Shown in pieces: positions 20,501-27,219 of a DNA stretch of 64,000 nt. This DNA comes from Candidatus Saccharimonadota bacterium (GTDB lineage: Bacteria; Patescibacteriota; Saccharimonadia; Saccharimonadales; UBA10212), in NCBI GenBank assembly GCA_025934715.1, contig JAICWR010000001.1, forward strand, positions 8,387-72,386. The letters are read 5' to 3'. Each line of letters begins with the position of its first letter. The stretch's first letter is position 1. The notes beneath the pieces were generated by a model. The model saw nothing but the letters and a program-made list of their open reading frames with translations, ran no database searches and was not told the DNA's origin. Both the position numbers and the translations under genes were made by a program.

Positions 20501-20990
20501 GTGATGCCCGCCACGCGTGCGAAGTAGCCACTCGGGAACTGGCTTGACGCGGGACGGCCTAGGGGAGGCTGACTCTGCGCGACGCCCTTATCCCCAGGGG
20601 CGATCGCATTTGCCAGAGGCGCAACCTGCTTCTTAGGAAGCCGGACGGTGCGCCCCAAGGGCTGGGTACAAGTGCCGGCTAACAAGCCGGTGAAGTAGCG
20701 CACCGAAGGGTTGCGTTGACAGCCGCCAGAGAAGCGCGGCTGACCCTTCTAAGAGAAGTCGGTGCCAGTGGCGATCCCAGCGCCGTTCCGACTTCTCCCA
20801 GGCTGTTCGCACCAGCCGCTTGGGTAAAACTTTCGTGGGATCCCAATGTTGGCGGCCCAAGCGCCAATACCCACATCTGTTACCGGAGGACTTTTCGAGA
20901 GAGCGCCGCCTTGTTTTCAGGGCGATTCCTCTGGCGCCTTAGGCGCTCTCTCATCTCAACCCCCTTAGCCAACGCGCTTAGGGGGCTCTT
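20501..20990 (+). ncRNA. ~490-nt GC-rich structured RNA; RNase P RNA-like motifs but class unresolved
   Basis: Bracketed by its own promoter and an intrinsic terminator. It has many perfect helices (e.g. 20753..20762/20788..20797 at 10 bp, 20897..20907/20942..20952 at 11 bp, and long-range 20612..20619/20928..20935 at 8 bp). AGGAAGCCGGAC, AGGGCUGGGU and GUGCCGGCUAAC..GCCGG resemble bacterial RNase P CR-I/P8 as I remember the E. coli sequence. The overlapping track ORFs look spurious. Confidence 0.6.
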
Positions 20991-20999
20991 TTCTTTTTA
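20960..20999 (+). terminator. rho-independent terminator of the ncRNA
   Basis: CCCCCTTAGC / GCTTAGGGGG stem (9 bp plus 1 mismatch) with loop CAACGC, followed by CTCTTTTCTTTTT. Confidence 0.7.
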
Positions 21000-21015
21000 A
21001 GCTTATAATAGAGGT

Positions 21016-21579
21016 ATGGTTGGTGTGGATGAAGTGGGCAGGGGGTGCTGGGCTGGTCCGTTACTTGTGGTAGCCGCGAGAGCCAATAACGAGCTGCCAG
21101 ACGGGCTGAAAGACTCTAAATTATTATCAAAAAAACAAAGAGATGAATTACTTAACATGTTAAGTAATTGCTGCACTTTTGGTGAAGGTTGGGTGAAAGC
21201 ATCGGAAATTGATAGACTTGGCCTGGCAAAAGCGCTGCGGCTTGGCATAAGACGGGCCCTCGCGGGAATCAAGGCAGATTCCACCGAGGAAATTATTCTC
21301 GACGGCAAAATTAATTATTTGCCCAAAAGGTTCAAGGAGGGGCGGGCGATAGTCGACGCCGACAACCGCGTGCCAATAGTCTCAGCGGCCAGCATTCACG
21401 CTAAGGTTACCCGCGACCGGTTTATGGCTGAACTTAGCAAAAAATACCCAGTCTATGAATTTGATAAGCACGTCGGCTACGGTACCAAAGCCCACATGCT
21501 TGCGCTAAAGAGCCACGGAGCTGTTAAATATGTCCATCGGTATTCATACGCGCCGATTGCCAAATTGACAGGAGCTTGA
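21016..21579 (+). CDS. rnhB: ribonuclease HII
   Basis: 187 aa with N-terminal GVDEVGRGCWAGPL (the DEVGRG catalytic motif). A TATAAT box at 21004..21009 lies 6 nt upstream of the ATG. Confidence 0.9.
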   Translation: MVGVDEVGRGCWAGPLLVVAARANNELPDGLKDSKLLSKKQRDELLNMLSNCCTFGEGWVKASEIDRLGLAKALRLGIRRALAGIKADSTEEIILDGKINYLPKRFKEGRAIVDADNRVPIVSAASIHAKVTRDRFMAELSKKYPVYEFDKHVGYGTKAHMLALKSHGAVKYVHRYSYAPIAKLTGA

Positions 21580-21923
21580 TTATTAAGACTACGGAACAGG
21601 GCCAAAAGGCTGAGCTAGCGGTGGCTGAATTACTCGAGCAGGAAGGCTTTGACGTCATTGATCGTAACTGGAAAACCAAAGTCTGCGAAATCGATATTGT
21701 CGCCCAGAGGAGTAAGGTTATTTATCTTGTTGAAGTGAAATATCGATCCAGCCAGTCTCAAGGCAGCGGCTTTGAATATATCGCCAATCAAAAATTGAAG
21801 AGAATGAAGTTTGCTGCCGAAATCTGGAAACAAACGTTCGGCTGGGCCGGCGACTATCGTTTGATGGCGGCCGCGGTCAGCGGCCCGGACTGCCAGGACA
21901 TTGAGTTGGTAGAGATTGAGTGA
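21576..21923 (+). CDS. yraN: YraN-family (UPF0102) endonuclease-like protein
   Basis: 115 aa with RNWKTKVCEIDIVA..LVEVKYR, typical of YraN. TTG start overlaps the rnhB stop. Confidence 0.85.
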   Translation: MIIKTTEQGQKAELAVAELLEQEGFDVIDRNWKTKVCEIDIVAQRSKVIYLVEVKYRSSQSQGSGFEYIANQKLKRMKFAAEIWKQTFGWAGDYRLMAAAVSGPDCQDIELVEIE

Positions 21924-21925
21924 GC

Positions 21926-24487
21926 CTAAAGCCTGCCAAGCCACTTTTTAACTGACGCTTCATTACGCTTGCGCCACTCAACTCGGGACTCGATCTCTTC
22001 AATACCTAGTTTGATGGGTCGTTCAAGCGCGATATTCGATTTCGGTACGAAAAAGGCTTTATATTCTTTGAGCTGTGACTGGTATGAAAAAGCGGCTGCC
22101 GCGTAGCGAGCGAACCGGTCGTATGATTTATCGTCGCCGAATTTCTCCTCAACCCATTTCCAATTAGCCTGCAGCCACGACCACGCCAAGTCACGGGAGT
22201 AGCGGTTACGCATCAACCAGGCGAACCAGGTCGGGACATCCTGGAGGCGAACTTCGTCGGTCATCATAGCCAGAAGGTGTTGGATTTTTTTTGGGTCGCG
22301 CGTATTAGTCAGTTCGGCTGAAACCTCTTCTTTCTCATCGGCGTTAGTTAGCGAACAATAAAGTTTGAGCAGCTTATTGTAATCGTCATCGTTGCCGTAT
22401 CGGACAGCGATATAGTAAATCACCGCCCGGATATCGGGTGCTAAATCAGCCGGGCGGCTGAATCCTTTAAACAGCTTTAAACCTTCTGCGATGACATCTT
22501 TATCTTCGGCGGCTGCAGCCATGCTGAGCGCCACGGCCCGCAGTTTTAGGGTCTGAGAGGTGTCTTTTTCGCCACTGCTCCAGCCCACGCTATTGACTAA
22601 CGGTGCTGCAATCGGCCGGACATAGGAATTAAGCCGCTCTTCCAGGCCGGCGTCTTTATCTATCAAGGCCCGGACACTGCCGATTGTTCCCGATAGCATG
22701 CCCCACACCGCTTCATCGCGCTCGTTAGCGTAGGCGTCCAGCAGCTGAAGGTTCTCAAGGGTTGAAACCCGTCCGGCCCGCTCTAACAACAGGCTATTTT
22801 GGACTAGCAAAAGCCGGTCGGTTGGCGACAATACATCCTTTTTGACCGCGACCAGCAGGGAATCCATGTGGCCCTTGTTATAGCGGACTACGAGGTAGCT
22901 GCGGCCATCGTGGTTAAGCGTCAAGGGGTGGCCAGTTTGCTTAGCTAGCTTGAAGCTGGCGGATTCTGATCCCAAAAGTTTTTTATCGGTTGGCTGTGAA
23001 GCGGCAAGCGGCACTTGCCAAATTGTTTCATCTTGGCTTTTGCCGACCACCAGACGCTGCTGGCGGGCGGAGAATGTATTCTTTTGAGGTTCGTGCTCAA
23101 CTTCTATCACCGGAAAGCCGGGCTTCTCCAGCCAATTTTTCATGACCGCCTCAATATCGGTCCCGCTGGCTTGTTTCAGGTGGCGCCATAAATTAGCTGC
23201 AGTGGTGTTCTGGTACTGGAACTCCTTAAAATAGCTGTTCAAGCCTTTTCTAAAGCTGTCTTCGCCAACCAACCAGCGCACCATATTAAGCAAGCAGCCG
23301 CCCTTGGCGTAGACGATCGCCGGGTCGAACAGCGCGCCTAGCTCGTCGGGATGGTTAACCTCGGTTTTCACAGCCTGCACATTCGGCAGGGCGTCGCGGC
23401 TAAGCGCCATGCTAAGCTCTCGCTGTACGAAGTCCTTCCAAATGTTCCACTCCGGGAAAAGCGCGTCGACCGCCTGGTATTCCATCATGTTGGCAAAGCT
23501 CTCATTCAGCCACAAGTCGTTCCACCACTTCATTGTCACCAGATTGCCAAACCACTGGTGCGATATCTCGTGGCAAATAACCATGGCCACGACCTGCTTG
23601 GTCTCGATAGAGCTGTGTTGCGGGTCAACATAGTAAACCTGCTCACGGAATGTTATTAAGCCCCAATTCTCCATGGCGCCGGCGCTGAAATCAGGCAGAC
23701 CTAACAGGTCCAGCTTAGGCAGGGGATACGCCACACCGTAATAATCTTCGAAAAATTCCAAGCAACGGGTGGCGACATCGAGCGCGAAATCCGTCAACTC
23801 CAACTTATCGGGGGTGGCGAACACCCTGATATCGACACCACCGCTTGTCTTGGCTTGTTTGTGCTTCAAATCGCCGAAAGCGAACGCCAAGAGATAAGTG
23901 CTCATTTTGGGTGTTTTATCAAATTCGGTGACGAGCCTGCCTTTAACCGTTTTTTGTTTCTTGACCGGGGTGTTAGCGATGACGGTTTTACCGGCCGATG
24001 TCGACAACGTCAGCCCGAAAGTAGCTTTAGCTTCAGGTTCATCAATGCATGGAAAGGCTTCACGAGCGTGATGGCTTTCAAACTGGGTTGCAACCAGCTG
24101 CTTCTTTTGGCCATTAAGTTCAAAATTACATGGGTAAATGCCGTGCATGGGCTCGGTGATTTTGCCGCTGAATTCAAGCTCAATTTTGTACTTGCCAGCA
24201 TGAAGCAGCTGCTTGGTGTGCAGCCGCAGCTCGTCGTAGCTTTTTTGAATGTTCATCCGGTCGATGCTTATTACGGCCTCGCCGGTTTTGTCGAGCTTTG
24301 TGATCTTAGCGCTTTTGATTTTCAAACCCTTGGAATGCAAGGTTATCCGCTGGCTCGGCCGACCGGCTTTGTAGCCATCGATTACCACCTTTCCGCTAAA
24401 AACCGATTTGTCTCGGTCCGGCTCTAAAAGCAGCTCGTAATGCTCCGGCTTAAAATCCGCGAAAAGCCTTTTTACTTTCTTCACCAC
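21926..24487 (-). CDS. pepN: M1-family aminopeptidase N
   Basis: 853 aa with GAMENWG and the HEISHQWFGNLVTMKWWNDLWLNESFA (HExxH-18-E) zinc motif. Confidence 0.9.
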   Translation of the reverse strand: MVKKVKRLFADFKPEHYELLLEPDRDKSVFSGKVVIDGYKAGRPSQRITLHSKGLKIKSAKITKLDKTGEAVISIDRMNIQKSYDELRLHTKQLLHAGKYKIELEFSGKITEPMHGIYPCNFELNGQKKQLVATQFESHHAREAFPCIDEPEAKATFGLTLSTSAGKTVIANTPVKKQKTVKGRLVTEFDKTPKMSTYLLAFAFGDLKHKQAKTSGGVDIRVFATPDKLELTDFALDVATRCLEFFEDYYGVAYPLPKLDLLGLPDFSAGAMENWGLITFREQVYYVDPQHSSIETKQVVAMVICHEISHQWFGNLVTMKWWNDLWLNESFANMMEYQAVDALFPEWNIWKDFVQRELSMALSRDALPNVQAVKTEVNHPDELGALFDPAIVYAKGGCLLNMVRWLVGEDSFRKGLNSYFKEFQYQNTTAANLWRHLKQASGTDIEAVMKNWLEKPGFPVIEVEHEPQKNTFSARQQRLVVGKSQDETIWQVPLAASQPTDKKLLGSESASFKLAKQTGHPLTLNHDGRSYLVVRYNKGHMDSLLVAVKKDVLSPTDRLLLVQNSLLLERAGRVSTLENLQLLDAYANERDEAVWGMLSGTIGSVRALIDKDAGLEERLNSYVRPIAAPLVNSVGWSSGEKDTSQTLKLRAVALSMAAAAEDKDVIAEGLKLFKGFSRPADLAPDIRAVIYYIAVRYGNDDDYNKLLKLYCSLTNADEKEEVSAELTNTRDPKKIQHLLAMMTDEVRLQDVPTWFAWLMRNRYSRDLAWSWLQANWKWVEEKFGDDKSYDRFARYAAAAFSYQSQLKEYKAFFVPKSNIALERPIKLGIEEIESRVEWRKRNEASVKKWLGRL

Positions 24488-25161
24488 CTTATTTTATCAG
24501 TGTCGGCGGGGAGATAGTTATAAGGGTGATCGATACTGTCGAACATTCCCGTTTGTATGCCGTGGATATAGTTTCCGAATTCTCTTCGCTCCTTAAGGCT
24601 ATCAGGATGTCCTGCGGATGGAGCGATCTTAACCACCATCAAGCCGTCACTTAATCTATCAGTTCCTTTTACGACCCCCGGATAAATATCTGTTTCCGTT
24701 TCAAGCGCGGCAGTCAGAACCCCGCTGTTTACCCTGCCAGGTTTTTGTCCTGGTGTTCGGGAATTCGGGGATCCAAAAACTATCTCTAACTGCTCTTTGT
24801 TAAGTGGCTGCTTCATAGTTTCAACGGATTGGCGCAATGCCTCCCTTCCGGCGTTCTCCTTGCCTACATCAACGGCGATTGCGCCGAGTTTTCGAAAATA
24901 CGGCCCTAAAATCGGATGCTCCACGTACTTACGCCTTCCAATAACAACGGCGAAGCGGGGAATTGCGCAGGGCGCTAAAATAACATCCTTGCCGCTTAGA
25001 TGATTGAATAAGACAATTCCCCTGCCTTTTTCGGGCAAGTTCTCGGTGCCTTCAGATCTGAAATTGGCCAATAGCCACGCAAGACCGTAAAACAGAGCAT
25101 GATTAGCAGCATAAAACAACTGGTCTGCTTCTGAACCGATTTCCTCATATCTCTTTAACAT
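24481..25161 (-). CDS. lysophospholipid (1-acyl-sn-glycerol-3-phosphate) acyltransferase-like protein
   Basis: 226 aa with the NHLSGKD (Hx4D) acyltransferase motif. Overlaps the pepN start by 7 nt. Confidence 0.75.
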   Translation of the reverse strand: MLKRYEEIGSEADQLFYAANHALFYGLAWLLANFRSEGTENLPEKGRGIVLFNHLSGKDVILAPCAIPRFAVVIGRRKYVEHPILGPYFRKLGAIAVDVGKENAGREALRQSVETMKQPLNKEQLEIVFGSPNSRTPGQKPGRVNSGVLTAALETETDIYPGVVKGTDRLSDGLMVVKIAPSAGHPDSLKERREFGNYIHGIQTGMFDSIDHPYNYLPADTDKIRW

Positions 25162-25312
25162 ATGGTGAAAGGTTATTAGGTTATTGTCCCGGTGTCCAAA
25201 GCTTGTGTTTATTTAGTTAGTCTGTACATTCTGAGGATTCTATGTTAAATTAATTATGAACACGTCCGGCCGGCAGGTCGGATTTTTTCATGAAAAGGAG
25301 ATACCAAACCAT

Positions 25313-26494
25313 ATGGAGATGGATTTTAAACAGCTGGCGCAGGCCATCAAGTTAATAGCCGAAGAAAAGAATTTGCCGGAAGATCAGGTGCAAGACGTTG
25401 TCCAGCAGGCCCTCGCGGCGGCATGGCGCCGGGATTATGGCGACCGGGAACAGGACGTCCGCGTCACAATGAACCTCAACACCGGCGATGTGACAGCATA
25501 TGTGAATAAAGAAGTCGTCGAAGAAGTTGAAAATCCGCATATGCAAATCAGTTTGCCTGAAGCACAGGTAATCCGCAAAAACGCCAAAGTCGGTGAGACG
25601 GTTGAGATTGTGCAGCCGGTCCAGGATTTCGGCAGAGTGGCCGCCCAGACTGCTAAGCAAGTTATTTTGCAGCGGCTGCGCGAAGCCGAGCGGGAAATCG
25701 TGCTGGCTGAATACGAAGATAAAATCGGCGGCATTGTCAACGGGACAGTCACCCGCGTGGAAGGCCGACTGGTGAGAGTTGAACTGGGCCGGGCCCAGGG
25801 CATTATGCCGGTCAGCGAGCAAATCCAGAACGAGCGATATTATCCGGGCCAGCGGCTGAAGTTTTATCTAAAGGACGTCGAAAAAGGTTTTCGCGGTCCT
25901 CAGCTGATAATCAGCCGCGGTTCAAAGGAGTTTATCGAGCTATTGTTCAGGGCTGAGGTGCCCGAGATGGAGAGTGACGCTGTGGAGATCAAAGCCGTGG
26001 CCCGCGAAGCCGGCGTTCGGTCTAAAATAGCAGTCGCCAGCAACGTGCAGGGGGTGGATCCGGTCGGGACTTTCGTCGGCGGCCATGGCACCCGTATCAA
26101 CGCCGTTCGTGATGAGATCGGCAGCCAGGAAATGATAGACATTGTGGTTTGGGACGAAGACAAACAAGCATTTATCGCCAATGCCATGAAGCCGGCTAAT
26201 GTAACTAAGGTTGAGATAAAAGGTGAAAAAGCTTTGGTTATCGTACCCGAAGACCAACTGAGCATTGCTATCGGTAAAGCCGGCCAGAACGTGCGCCTAG
26301 CCGGCAAGCTGACCGGCCATGAGTTAGACGTTGAAGCTGAGAAAGCAGCCGACGGGGCGAAAGATGATAAGAAAGAAGAAAAGCCGGAAGAGCAGGGCGT
26401 GGAATCCAAGCCGGTCCAGCAGAAGCTCAAGAAGAAAAGTGAGCTAGAATCGTCCTTACTAGAAGCCATAGAAGAACACGGCACCGATAAATAG
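25313..26494 (+). CDS. nusA: transcription termination/antitermination factor NusA
   Basis: S1 and KH domains with a typical N-terminus (..LAQAIKLIAEEKNLPEDQV). AAGGAG lies upstream of ATG 25313; the track ORF begins at 25256. Acidic/Lys-rich C-terminal tail. Confidence 0.93.
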   Translation: MEMDFKQLAQAIKLIAEEKNLPEDQVQDVVQQALAAAWRRDYGDREQDVRVTMNLNTGDVTAYVNKEVVEEVENPHMQISLPEAQVIRKNAKVGETVEIVQPVQDFGRVAAQTAKQVILQRLREAEREIVLAEYEDKIGGIVNGTVTRVEGRLVRVELGRAQGIMPVSEQIQNERYYPGQRLKFYLKDVEKGFRGPQLIISRGSKEFIELLFRAEVPEMESDAVEIKAVAREAGVRSKIAVASNVQGVDPVGTFVGGHGTRINAVRDEIGSQEMIDIVVWDEDKQAFIANAMKPANVTKVEIKGEKALVIVPEDQLSIAIGKAGQNVRLAGKLTGHELDVEAEKAADGAKDDKKEEKPEEQGVESKPVQQKLKKKSELESSLLEAIEEHGTDK

Positions 26495-26502
26495 CGCTCC
26501 AC

Positions 26503-26628
26503 ATAACCTTAAAACCAAACCGCTCACGCGCGGACGGTGCGCCGCCTGGGCTGCTAAGAAATTCTAGCATCCCCACGCCGCACCGACCCGGCTCCGCTGG
26601 GGGATGTAGAGTTTAGTTTTAAGGTTAT
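26503..26628. repeat. 126-nt long-hairpin element (18-nt AT-rich inverted termini, GC-rich core); structured RNA or MITE-like
   Basis: ATAACCTTAAAACCAAAC (26503..26520) pairs with GTTTAGTTTTAAGGTTAT (26611..26628) in 17 of 18 positions. The core has CGGTGCG/CGCACCG and CATCCCC/GGGGATG pairings and shares CGGACGGTGCGCC with the ncRNA at 20642..20654. Confidence 0.6.
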
Positions 26629-26812
26629 GGCTCGCTTAGCCTACTAAATTCATCTGTTTTCTTGGGGTTTGCCGTCTGAAGGGGCTCGCTCAAAGTCAGT
26701 GACTATGACGCTTATTTGCTCAGGCAGTCTTGGTAGCGTTTGCGGATAATATAGGGGCTCGCTCGCTGAAGATCAATGTTGCTAAATTCATAAAAGATGG
26801 TACTATATTATA

Positions 26813-27109
26813 ATGCACTTTGAAGATGGAAAAGTAGTCGGCGACACGGCTGAAGAATCGCTTGTAATTGCTGAGGCTGAAATTATCGGCGCGGCCCCTT
26901 GGGAGTCCAACAGATATCCTTACCCGGCTTACTATAAGACACCCTCTCAATATCGTTTAAACTTAATAAAAACTCTCGAAGATGGCAGTAGAGCCGGGCA
27001 ACATCTTGTAATTAGAGGCCTCTCTAGAATTGCAATGTCACAACGAAAACTGGCATTTGCGGCACTTGATGTGCTTACTCAAGTGGCTGATAGGTCTATG
27101 ACTCCGTAA
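26813..27109 (+). CDS. orphan hypothetical protein (98 aa)
   Basis: Stop-free frame in an AT-rich intergenic island between nusA and clpC. No family recognised. The stop lies 2 nt before the clpC CIRCE element. Confidence 0.45.
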   Translation: MHFEDGKVVGDTAEESLVIAEAEIIGAAPWESNRYPYPAYYKTPSQYRLNLIKTLEDGSRAGQHLVIRGLSRIAMSQRKLAFAALDVLTQVADRSMTP

Positions 27110-27111
27110 AA

Positions 27112-27138
27112 TTGGCACTCTTGACATGAGAGTGCTAA
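27112..27138 (+). promoter_or_regulatory. CIRCE (HrcA-type) operator upstream of clpC
   Basis: TTGGCACTC-N9-GAGTGCTAA has one mismatch to the consensus TTAGCACTC-N9-GAGTGCTAA. The N9 spacer contains TTGACA (27121..27126). TGgTATAAT lies at 27143..27151. Confidence 0.8.
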
Positions 27139-27219
27139 TTTCTGGTATAATGGAATTACGCTTAATCAGTTAAACTGGTTACAGCGAAATGTAAGAATCT
27201 GAGGGTATAAAATAAGCAT

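Noticed and set aside
20501-20990. Calling the structured RNA a tmRNA, SRP RNA, 6S RNA or a riboswitch, or reading it on the minus strand.
   Set aside because: There is no tRNA-like 3' end (GGTTCGA..CCA) and no plausible tag ORF. It lacks the SRP domain IV pattern with a GNRA apex. At ~490 nt it is far longer than 6S RNA or riboswitches, and it ends in a terminator before rnhB's own promoter. The minus strand also shows RNase P-like strings (GAAAAGUCC, GUCCGGCUU), because helices read similarly on both strands. Only the plus strand has a consensus promoter and a U-tract terminator.
20491-21000. Track ORFs 20491..20703(-), 20633..20860(-), 20679..20876(-) and 20716..21000(+) as protein-coding genes.
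   Set aside because: They overlap one another in a GC-rich region dense with perfect helices and bracketed by a promoter and terminator. The translations are Arg/Pro/Ala/Gly-rich with no recognisable features. A structured RNA explains the region better.
26720-26950. Minus-strand ORF 26720..26950 (76 aa).
   Set aside because: It overlaps the motif repeats and the plus-strand 98-aa ORF. It has no ribosome-binding site or promoter in the right orientation and an unremarkable low-complexity translation. Neither strand is certain, but the plus-strand ORF is longer and fits the local gene orientation.
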